Shown here in pieces: positions 1 through 10,967 of a stretch of 64,000 nt of DNA (within the stretch, counting starts at the first letter, position 1; each line of letters begins with the position of its first letter). Source of the stretch: Mobula hypostoma (Eukaryota); NCBI RefSeq assembly GCF_963921235.1, contig NC_086107.1, positions 109,246,001 through 109,310,000 on the forward strand, read 5' to 3'. The position numbers and the translations under genes were made by a program. The notes beneath the pieces were generated by a model that saw only the letters and a list, made by a program, of their open reading frames with translations, searched no databases and was not told the DNA's origin.

Positions 1-790
1 CAAGGACTGGTACGTTGAGGAGCTGGGCTGCAGAGTCCTCTTCAGCCTCGACTTCCTGACCATGTACACCAGCATCTTCATCCTCACTGTCATGAGGGTG
101 GAGGGGTACAGGGCAGTGGTGTTGCCACTGGAGCACCAGGCTCTCAAGGGTGCGCAGGAAAGTAGTCGCTGCCATCATCTGGCAGTTGTCCTGCCTTCTG
201 AGCCTCCCCATGATGATCATGATCCACCTAAGAGTAAGTCCTGAGCTGGCCAGGACACCAAAGAGGATCTGCTATCCGTCCTGGCAACCCAGCTCTTACA
301 GGTCTACCTCACCGTTCTATTCAACACCAGCATCCTCGCTCCAGGTATTGTCATTGGATATCTGTACGTCCGACTGGCGCAGGTCTACTTGCATTCAGGT
401 GGGATGAAAGCAGAGAGGAGGAACGTTAAGTGGAAGCAGAAGGTTTTCTTCATGATCTTCGGCATCGTCTTGGCGTGCTGGGCCTGCTTTGTTCCCTTCT
501 GGACCTGGCAGCTGGTGAAGCTGTACAGCCGCGGGTGGCTGAGGCTGGCGCCGGTGTCCCATGCCCGCGTCAACTTCTGCGTGACCTGCCTGACCTACAG
601 CAACAGTTGCGTCAACCCCTTCCTCCGCACCCTGCTCAGAAAGAACTACAAGGAGAGCTCGGCGCAGTGCAGGACAAGCTCAGGGCCTTGGCTCGCCGTG
701 AGGAGAGGGCCGAGGGGAGGTCAGGGGACCGAGCACTCGGCTGTGCTGAGGGCTACCTTGAGAGCAAGTGAAGAGGGACCCAATATTTGA
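1..790 (+). pseudogene. Urotensin-II receptor-like class A GPCR (TM3 to C-terminus), frameshifted; 5' part lies outside the window
   Basis: Frame 2 [31 protein letters not shown] matches UTS2R TM3 (GCRVLFGLDFLTMHASIF). Near 150 it shifts to frame 3 ([22 protein letters not shown]...ICYPSW). Near 300 it returns to frame 2 (VYLTVLFNTSILAPGIVIGYLYVRLA...CWACFVPFWTWQL...TCLTYSNSCVNPFLRTLLRKNYKE). Frame 2 has TGA at 242-244. ERY reads EGY and NPxLY reads NPFLR. Confidence 0.88.
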
Positions 791-2514
791 AGGCAGAGCT
801 TAGGAGGGTTAATGGCGATTCCTTTGCTTGCATTTTCAGAAATAGCTCTATTTCCATCTTTAATATCGCTATTTTTCCCTTTCAGGGTTCTTTTGAAGAC
901 CCTGACCTGGAGTTACATGCTGACTATGTTTCTTTGTGGGAATGGGACCCGTTCTTGGGGTTTCATAGGTGGCCATTGTTGTTCAGCGCGCCAAAGGCTC
1001 GGCCTAAGAGTCCGGCTCGGATTCAGAAGCCTAAGATCTCGGGGCTCTGGAGATGGGCGGATCGAGGGTCGGTGTCACGACAGGAGACCCATGTGTCGTC
1101 AGGGGAGTCGGGATATCTGCAGTTGTGTGCCCAGTTTTTTAGGCCCAGAGCTCGAGAAAAGCGACGTGGCGGACTTTTAACATCGTAAACCAGCGAGTTG
1201 TTTGTTACGTCTCCCCGCTCGCTGGGAAAACAGAGATACCTCTTTCTCCCTTATTAGGGAAAGAGAGAACCTGTGGTATGTCGAATACTGGGTGAAACAC
1301 GAAGTCTTTGGGGGAACTGCAAGTCTGTGTCTTTGCTGTTGCTTTGCTCACACTTGAGTGCTCGGTGGTGGGTGCTGATGCTTATTTTTTGACGGTGGGG
1401 GGAGGGCAGATTTTTGCTCACTGCTCTTACGCATGAGAGGGGGGAGCTGGGGGGGGGCTTTGAGGTTCTAACTTTTAACTGTTGTTCATTCTTTGGGGCA
1501 CTCCTCCGTTTTCGTGGATGTTTGTGAAGAAAAAGCATTTCAGGATGTATATTGTATACATTTCTCTGACATTAAATTGTGCCTTTGAACCTTTAATGGA
1601 CTGGCTTGGAACTGTGAGTAACTACTGGACTTTTTTATGCTTGCACTTAGAGACACAGCACGGAGAAGGTCCTTTCTGCCCCTCAAGCCGTGCTGCCCTA
1701 GCAACCCCTGGCCTAATCATGGGACCAATTAACCAACCAATCGATACTTCTTTGGACTTTGACAGGAAACCGGAGCACCTAGAGAAAACCAACGCATTCC
1801 ACGAATGACATTGGAACTGAACTCTGAACTCCGACACCCTGAGATGTAGTGTTGCCACACTGACCGCTGCGTTACCACGGCACCCACAGTGCGAAAGATT
1901 TCTTCATCCCTAAGTTAAAATGTGACGAGAGTTGAGTGAGCCTCCCTCCCATGCACAACTCTCCCCCACTAATCGTCTACCAGAGGCCATTCAGCCAGTC
2001 CAACTATTCTATCAGATCACAGCTGATCCCACTTTGCTTACCTTGGTTTGGCAACATTGAAGCTTTCTACCAACCAAAGTAAGCCCCAATCTCAGTTCTC
2101 AGCATTTGTACCTGATCCCTTTACTTTGGGGAAGAAGCTGATGGGTTTCCACCTGTGCAAGGAAGTTTTAGTCATAGAGCACTGCAGCACAAAAACAGGC
2201 CCTTTGACCCATCTAGTCCATGCTGTCCTTTCTGACCTGAACCTGACCTGACCTGGGCCCTCCATACCCTACCTTGTCCATGGACCTAACCAGACTTCTC
2301 CTAACTATTACAATCAAACCTACATCCACCATGTCCACTGTCACCTCATTCCATCCTTGAACCATCCTTTGAGTGAAGAAGTTTCCCCTCAGGTTAAGAA
2401 CATAAGAAATAGGAGCAGGAGTCGGCTATCTGGCTTGTCGAGCCTGCTCCACCATTCAATAAGATCATGGCTGATCTGGCCTTGGACTCACCTCCACTTA
2501 CCTGCCTTTTCCCC

Positions 2515-3080
2515 AGCTCTCCGGTGAAAATGATATTGTATCCGTCAAATAGGGGCCGTGGATAATTCTGATTTGATGGAGAATGGACGTGAAAGCACAG
2601 AGGAACATCTGGAGAAATTTCTGAAACGCCCGTTCGCTGCTGTCGTTACTGCGTGGTCAAGAATCTTTCGGAGGGTAGGCCCCAAAATCCCCAGCCTTGC
2701 CTGCTTTTGGCAACCGAGAAGGAGGTTGAATCGTTCGGACAGCGTGTCGGAGAGCTGATCAGAGCTCGAAGTTTTGGGTGACTCAGAGTCGGATTGTGGT
2801 CAGCATGGCAGGGAGAGTTTTTCTTCCTTCTCCCGTCTGCATGAGACGTGGGACATTTGAGAAAATTTGAACTTTACTGTGCTCACGGACTTCTTCATCA
2901 AGTTATGGTATTGCTGCACTGTAGTAACTATATGTTATAATTATGTGGTTTTGTCGGTTTTTTCAGTCTTGGTCTGTCCTGTGTTTTGTGATATCACACT
3001 GGAGGAAATATTGTATCATTTCTTAATGCATGCATTACTGAATGACAATAAAAGAGGACTACATGTCTTCATAATCATAA
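2515..3080 (+). mobile_element. ~560-bp interspersed retro-type repeat; close copy at 32040-32570 (-)
   Basis: Colinear high-identity match ending aatgacaataaaagaggact...cttcataatc; both copies interrupt CR1-derived sequence. Confidence 0.75.
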
Positions 3081-3681
3081 CCCTTAATTCCCCTACAATG
3101 CAAAATTCTATCCAACCTTGTCTTAAGTATATTCACTGAGGAAGCCTCCACTGCTTAATTGAGCAGAGAATTCCACAGATTCTCCACTCTTTGCGAAAAG
3201 CCTCATCTCCGCCCTAAAACTACTCCCCCCGAATCCTGAGGCTATGACCCCTAGTTCTAGTCTCACCTACCAGGGAAACAGCTTTCCTGCCTCTATCTTA
3301 TCCATCCCTTAAGAATGTCACCTCTACCCTTAGCGTGCGTTTGTGTGTGGCGGGGTGGAGAACGTCTCTACCAAAGGAGGTGAGACCCATTTAGTCGCTT
3401 TCTTTGTTTCATTGGCCAGTAGCAAGAAATTGCGAAACTTCAGCAGTGCCGTCTGAAACCAGATTGTGCCTTTGTAACTATAAGGATGTTATCTGCGGTA
3501 GTCAGCAGGGATCTGTGCTTTGCTTGCTGTAATCTATCCATATGAACTCGACCTACGTGTAGGAGCATTAAGATGTCATAAGAATGAGGCACGAGGAGCA
3601 AAGCTTTAGACTGAGATATATATTAGGTAACATGGCGGGGTGGAGATACGTCTCCACCAAAGGAGGTGTAAGGTGCTTCTT

Positions 3682-4375
3682 TTACTTTATACTTCATTGT
3701 CGCCAAACAATTGATACTAGAACGTACAATCATCACAGCGATATTTGATTCTGATCTTCGCGTTCCCTGGAGCACAAATCGATAGTAAATATTAAAAATT
3801 TAAATTATAAATTATAAATAGAAAATAGAAAAGGGAAAGTAAGGGAGGGCAAAAGAACCAAGAGGCAGGTCCGGATATTTGGAGGGTACGGCCCAGATCC
3901 GGGTCAGGATCCGTTCAGCAGTCTTATCACAGTTGGAAAGAAGCTATTCCCAATTCTGGCCGTACGGGTCTTCAAGCTCCTGAGCCTTCTCCCGGAGGGA
4001 AGAGGGACGAAAAGTTTGTTGGCTGGGTGGGTCGTGTCCTTGATTATCCTGGCAGCACTGCTCCGACAACGTGCGGTGTAAAGTGAGTCCACAGACGGAA
4101 GATTGGTTTGTGTGATGTACTGCGCCGTGTTCACGATCTTCTGCAGCTTCTACCGGTCTTGGCTAGGACAACTTCCATACCAGGTTGTGATGCACCCTAG
4201 AAGAATGCTTTCTACGGTGCATCTATAAAAATTAGTGAGGGTTTTAGGGGACAGGCCAAATTTCTTTAGCTTTCTCAGGAAGTAAAGGCACTGGTGGGCC
4301 TTCTTGGCAGTGGACTCTGCTTGGTTGGACCAAGTCAATCATTTGTGATATTGGCCCCGAGGAACTTAAAGCTTC
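3682..4375 (-). mobile_element. Rex1/Babar-type LINE 3' fragment
   Basis: ORFs 4150-4338 and 3904-4134 (KKAHQCLYFLRKLKKF...HPANKLFVPLPSGRRLRS); it splits a short repeat that runs 3630-3680 and resumes near 4376. Confidence 0.88.
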
Positions 4376-5364
4376 CCTCCTTCCCTCTGCTAGCCTGTAG
4401 GTCACCCTTGGGCAAGGTGTAGCACCTGCTTAGACCCCATGATCAGGATCATTTGAAGCCATGGAGCAGCTGGTGCACATCACAAGTCTTGGTTATGTGA
4501 CCACTGACCCCAGGCAGAAGAGTATTGACAATGGCTGGGGGTTGTGGAGGAGGGGGGGTCACCTGTCTTGTAAATACACTGCCCAGCAGAAGGCAATGAA
4601 GAACCAATTCTATAGAAAAATTTACCAAGAACAATCATGGTCATGGAAAGACCCGTGATCGCCCACGTCATACAACACGGCACATAACAAATGAATAAAT
4701 AAATCCTTAACCTATGACCTCTAGTTCCAGTCTCACCCAACCCCAGCGGAAAAGCCTGCTTGCATTTACCCGATCTATACCCCTCATAATTTTGCGTACC
4801 TCTTATTAAATCTCCCATCATTCCACTAATCTCCAGGTGAAAAAATCTGATCCTATTCAAACTTTCCCTATTAACTCAGGTCCTCAACTCCTGGTATCCT
4901 CCTTGTACATTTTCTCTGAACTTTTTCAGTCTTATTGTTATCTTCATCTTTATCTTCCAACGCCAACTTTGAGCTGTTGGAAGTGGCTACTCAGGATTAG
5001 ATGGAAGAACCAGATACAGCTGCTCAATGTACAAGCACGCCCCTGCTAACATTCAGCCCATCGTAACGTATACTTTGACAAAGTTAAAGGGACAGCCTAC
5101 TGAGGCAATGTAGGATTTTTAAACACAAGAAAGTCTGCAGATGCTCGAAATTCAAAGCAACACACACAAAATGCAGGAGGAACTCAGCAGGTCAGGCAGC
5201 ATCTATGGAAGTGAATAAACAGTCGACGATTCAGGCCGAGACCCTTCTCCGGGACTGAAAGGGAAGGGGGAAGATGCCAGAATAAAAAGGCGGTGGGGGG
5301 AGAGGGAAGGAGGTTAGCTGATGGGTAAAACCAAGTGGGTGGGAAAGGTAAAGGGCTGGAGAAG

Positions 5365-5598
5365 TGTGGTAAACCATATATATATGTTGTAACTGGGTTA
5401 CCTGTCTGGACACGCCCCTCTGCTGACTGCTCCTGTGGCTCCTCCCACAGATCCCTGAATAAAGGCAATTGCGCCATTGCTCCTCCTCTCAGTCCAGGGG
5501 CAGACACTCAGCATGCTGGAGGTCACATTTTACTGCTAATAAAAGCCTTTCAGTATTTACTCTACTTCCAGTCTTTTGGAGTTATTGATGGTGCATCA
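5365..5598 (+). mobile_element. Solo LTR (234 bp) with 5-bp TSD, inserted in a Penelope-like element
   Basis: TG...CA termini, AGAAG on both sides (5360-5364, 5599-5603), internal AATAAA. Confidence 0.88.
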
Positions 5599-6014
5599 AG
5601 AAGAAGGAATCTGATAGGAGTGGAGAGTGGATCATGAGAGAAGGAAAAGGTGGAGGGGGTCCCAGGGGGAAGTGATAGGTAGGTGAAAGGAGGTAAAAGG
5701 CCAGAGTGAGGAATAGAAGAAAAGGGCAGGGAGAGGGAAAAAAATCACCAGACAGAGAAATCAATATTCATTCCATCACCTTGGAGGCTACCCAGATGGA
5801 ATATAAGGTGTTGTTCCTCCACCCTGAAGGTGATCTCAACTTGGCACAAGAGGAGGCCGCGGATCGACATGTTGGAACAGGAATGGGAATTGGAATTAAA
5901 ACGTTTGGCCGCTGATAAGTTCCGTTTGTGGTGGATGGAGTGGCAGTTGTCAATAAAGCGGCCACCCCCCCAATTTACGAGAGGATTTCACGGAGCACAG
6001 TAGCACTTTACTCT

Positions 6015-6330
6015 GCACAGTAGCAGTTGGCGTAACGCTTTACAGTGCCAGCGGTGTGTTTAGAGTTCAATTCCCGCCGCTGCCTGTAAGGAGTTTGTAT
6101 GTTCTCCCCGTGACCGCCTGGGATTCCCCCGGGTGCTTCAGTTTCCTCCCACATTCCAAAGACGTGTGGGTTAGGGTTGGTAAGCTGCGGGCAGGCTACG
6201 TTGGCACAAAAAAATGGTGACACTCGCGAGCTGCCTCCCCAGCACATGTCAGACTGTGTTGGACATTGACACAAAAACAATGCAAATCACTGCAGGTTTC
6301 AATATACGTGGACAACTAAAACCAATCAAT
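6015..6330 (+). mobile_element. tRNA-derived HE1/V-SINE-like SINE; other copies near 1640-1890, 6585-6730, 12160-12420, 16850-17060, 17090-17350, 28470-28770, 33690-33890, 52550-52850, 55990-56240, 62560-62850
   Basis: B-box-like gttcaattccc and central gagtttgtatgttctccccgtg...gtttcctcccacattccaaagac. Confidence 0.8.
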
Positions 6331-8354
6331 AATCAATTAGCAGAACAGCCTACTGAGGCACTATGGGATTTTACAGAGAACAATAACATTTTACCATGCC
6401 CAACTCCTCAGAAGAGTTTTCTGTGTGAAGGCAGGTTTGCGTTTTCCCTTGTCTTCCAACAAAGCGTCAGGCTTCAGCAGGACAACAGGCCGAAGACGCT
6501 GACAGCAAGGACTGGAAATTCCCTGCTACTGGTGCAAGCTGTCCGCTCTGCTTTGCAAGTCTCTTCTACTAAAATCAAAGGAATGGGTGGCACGCTGGTG
6601 AAGCTGGCAGAGCTGCCATCCCTCAGCGCCGGAGACACAGGTTGAATCCTGACTGCAGGAGTTGTCTGTGTGGAGTTTGCATGCTTTCCCCCTGGCTGCT
6701 CTGGTCTCCCATCAATCTCGGCCACTCCAGAGAAAACTGTACGAGCCAGATTAATTTATTTACCGTGTGTACATCAAAACATACGGTGAAACGTGTCATT
6801 TGCATTAACAACCAACACAACCCAAGGATGTGCTGGGGGTCGGGCAGCCCACAAGTGTCCCCATCCATTCCGGTGTCAACGTAGTCTGCTCACAATGTTT
6901 AACAGAACAACACAAACAATAGCACACCAACAACAAGAAAACAAGGTCATTTCCTTAGACAGACAGGTTTGCACCCCCAGATCTGGCCATCTCTGGGCTT
7001 CAGTCCTTGGTCTGCACTCGGAGACATCGGGGCTCCCAGATGCTGACACAGCAGCTTCGACCATTTGCCCTCGAATTCTGGAATCAGTGTCTTCGATCTT
7101 TGACCTTCAAGCTTCAATCTTTGAAATCGACCCCCAGACTCACCGATCAAGGGAGTTAGAACTCCAGGCCTCAAACTCCAGATTCACACAGACGTCCGAC
7201 TCCAGGACTCACCAGGAACTCCAGGCCTCAAACACCTGATTCACATGGACCTCCAACCCAGGACTCTCTGACCTGCTGATAGGGGAGAATGGATCCCCGC
7301 CCCCCGACCCAGATTCACAGACGTCCAGTCCATCTCCCCTTACAGTACATGCCCTCTAATCCAGTCGGCATCCTGAAGAACCTCTTCTGTAAGACCATGG
7401 AGTAGAATCAGGGCTAATTTATGATCCCGCTCAATACAATTCTCCCCTTAACCTTTGACACCTTTACTACGCAAGAACCTATGAACCCTCACTTTAAATA
7501 TACCCAATGACTTGGCCTCCACAGCTGTGTGTTTTCAAAGTTTCAAAGTACATTTATTATCAAAGTGTGCATACAGAATACATATCTGAGATTTGCCCTC
7601 CCACAGCTAGCCACGAAACAAAGATTCATCTCCTTCTGGCTAAAGAAATTCCTCCTCATCTCTTTTTAAAGGAATGTCCTTCTATTCTGAGGCTGTACCC
7701 TCTGGTCCTAGACTATAGGAAACATCCTCTCTACATCCACTCTATTGTGGCTTTTCAATCTTCAATGGGTTTCAATTAGATAAGGGTTCACTAAGGTTGT
7801 CATTACGAAGGAGGTGGGGTAGTGGGAATAAGCTCTCACTTCCTATTAAATCCTCCCAATGGCATGCATCTCAAATAGCCTCTGACAACCAAGTCCAGCT
7901 CCTGGCCTTCTTCACGTGAGGAGGGGAGGGAGGGGACGTCGACTCAGACCATGAGAGGCCTGCGTCGGGCATTTTCATGCCTTACAAGGCGCAGATTGGA
8001 AGTCTTATTAGCTAAGCTTTACACGAGGCTTAGCTAATAAGTCAGCAGAATCCTTTCCAGTAACTGGAGAAGGGGCAAAGGCGGGTTAATGGTGCCTTAA
8101 AACCGGTCTCTTCGGGCAGATGGGGCTCACGGTTGGCAGCTCATCTAGGAGAGGGGAAAGCTCGGATCTCAAACCTCTGCTGCCTTGTGGCTATATCTAC
8201 TCATGGGGAAGGCGCTGGGAGTAAACCCCGAGGGAAAAGTCCAGAGCTGGAGTCCCAAAGGTGCTGCTACCAAACCATATCAGTCTCCGCTGTCCGTCCA
8301 GATTCATCAGCTGTGTGGAGAGGGGAGCCTGTTGCGTGGGCAACAGCTTGCTCT

Positions 8355-8868
8355 CAGACATCCCACCTCTCCCGGAAGTTCCAGGAGTCTCCCGTATATG
8401 AATAGTGGCTCCCTGATGCCCGCAGATTATATACAATATCACGGAAATCAATTTTTTTGAGAGCGAGCCAGTGAGAGAAAGCAAGCGAGAGAGCGCACGA
8501 GCGAGAGAGAGAGAGAGGCGCGCGCGCCATGGCAGAGTGTTCCAAACAAATATATAAAACGTACGTCACCCCAGACTACACTAACGTGTACCCCCGCCTA
8601 ATAGGGGTCAAAATAATGACAGTGTTGCTCGCTGCACTGTTTGCAACAGTGACTTTTCTATTGCCCATGGTGGGTTAAGACTGTAAAAAACATGTTGAGG
8701 TGAATTTAACAGGTGTCATTCGTTCATTTGCATAGCTAACGTTATTTAAACTAGCTGGCTGGCTGCTAAGGAGCTACTCTATTGCAGACATCCCACCTCT
8801 CCTGGGAGTCTCCCGCAAATTGATGGTGCTACCTCCCTGAAATGAGTTTTTGCAGGGAGGGATGTCTG
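8355..8868. mobile_element. Non-autonomous TIR element with 6-bp TSD
   Basis: CAGACATCCC...GGGATGTCTG termini flanked by TGCTCT on both sides. Confidence 0.8.
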
Positions 8869-10929
8869 TGCTCTCCATATCAGACTGCCCTGCATAGCAC
8901 CAACGATATAGACAGATTGGTTGTATGGTTGGTCATGACCACATGGGGGGGGGCCCTCAATTAGATTCCTCCCCCCAATTCTTCTAAACTCCAGCGAGCA
9001 CAAGCCCAGCGTCATCAAACACTTCTCATAATTCATCCTTTCATTCCCACCCTCTCCAAGACCAACACACACAAAGTGCTGGAGAAACTCAGCAGGTCAG
9101 GCAGCATCTACGGGGAAAAAAAAGTACAGTCGCCGTGCCGGGCCGAAACCCTTCGGCAGGACTGGAGTCAAAAAAAAAACGCTGAAGTAGATTTAAAAGG
9201 TGAGTGGAGGGAGGGGAGAGAGGAGAACCAGGTGAAAGGTGGGATGAAGTAAAGAGTGGGGAAGTTGATTGGTGAGAGAGACAGAAGGCCATGGAAGAAA
9301 GAAAAGGGTTGGGGTGGGAGCCCATTGGTGGGCAGGAAGATAGGTGAGGGAGGGAAGAGGGGATGGGAAATGGTGAAGGTTGGGGGGCATTACCAGAAGT
9401 TTGAGAAATCGATGTCCATATTGGGGTTGGAGGCTACCCAAACTTCCTTTAATGGGGTGACCAGAATTGAATTCAGTACTCCACATGCAAGCTGTCTTTG
9501 ACCCAGTTGGACCAACGGCTCAGTATGTTATAAGGAAGTATGAGATGGATTTGGATCAGTCTCACACAGCTGATGCGGCTAAGTGATCTCCTCCCAGGCT
9601 ATTCTCAGCTGCGGTGAGGCTCTTAGCTGCAGCCTTATACCAACGCGGAAACAAAACAGAGTAAGTGATGTCTCAGCAGGCCTCCCAAGCGCCAGTGACA
9701 GTGTGCGAGGGGCTGAGGTGTGACCACGTCTGCGCGCAGAGCTCTGGGTGAATGCCTGCAGACGCCCGTTCAGGAAGCCGAGGTTGCTTTCGCTGGGGCC
9801 GGCTGTGGCCGTGCGACACTTCCACAGCTCCTCGCCAATATAAAAAGATTTGAAGGCACGGGCAGGAAGCAGAAAATGACACGTTCTGCTCACTGCAAGA
9901 GTCGAGGCTGAGGAAAGTGTTCTCTCTCTCTCTCTTTGCCTGCTTCGTCTGGAGTTGTGACAGACTGATGTCAGCAGCCGCTTTTAAACGGTTTACCCAC
10001 AAAATGTGGTCACCAAGGGAAAGATAGATTATTGCAGTTTGTGCTTAAAAATTTGAGTTTGGACCTCAAGACATAGGAGCATAATTAGGCCATTCAGCCC
10101 ATCGAGTCTATGCCAGCATTCGATTATGCCTAATTTATTAGCCCCCTCAGCCCCATTCTTCTGCCTTCTTTGACACCCTTACTAATCAAGAACCTATCAA
10201 TCTCCACTTTAAATATAGCCAATGACTTGGCTTCCACAGCCACCTGTGGACTTCCACAAGTTTACCACCCTCCAGCTAAAGAATTCCTCCTAATCCCTGT
10301 TCTAAATGGATGTCCCTCTATTCTGAGGCTGTGCCCTCTACTCCTAGACTCCCCCACTATTGGAAACATGCTCTCCACGTCCACTCCATCTAGGCCTTTC
10401 AATATTCAGTAGGTTTCAATGAGATCCCCCCCACCTCCTTTCTCCTAAACTCCAGTGAGTACAGTCCCAGAGCCATCAAATGCTCCTCATATTTTAACCC
10501 TTTCATTCTCAGAATTATTCTCATGAACTTGTCCAAAGACGGAGCTCAGTCTAAGATATTTATTTCAGAGTTAGAACAGCTCAAAGTCTTGTGCTCAACT
10601 GAAAGAAAGTTCACAAAAAAAATTACAAGGATGTTCCCAGGACTTGAGTCAAAGGATGAGGTTGAATAGGTAAGGCATTATCCCCTGGAGTGCAGGAGAA
10701 TGAGATAAAAGTATACAAAATTATGAAGGGTATGGGTAGGGTAAATGCAAGCAGACTTTTACACTGAGAGTGGGTGAGAATAGAGTTGAAGGTCATAGGT
10801 TAAGGGTGAAAGATGAAATGTGGGAGAGGGAGGTTAGGATTCATCTCTCCCCCTCCTGTCTTCTCCTATCATTTTTGGTCTCCCCCTCCCCCTCCCACTT
10901 TCAAATCTCTTACTATCTCTTCTTTCCGT

Positions 10930-10967
10930 CAGTCCTGACGAAGGGTCTCAGCCCGAAACGTCGGCTG
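10930..10967 (+). ncRNA. Minimal type I hammerhead ribozyme motif
   Basis: cagtc-CTGACGA-agggtctcagccc-GAAAC-GTC-ggctg; stem I kept with a G-U pair. Confidence 0.7.

Noticed and set aside
6015..6100. tRNA gene
   Set aside because: tRNA-like head of a SINE; no full cloverleaf.
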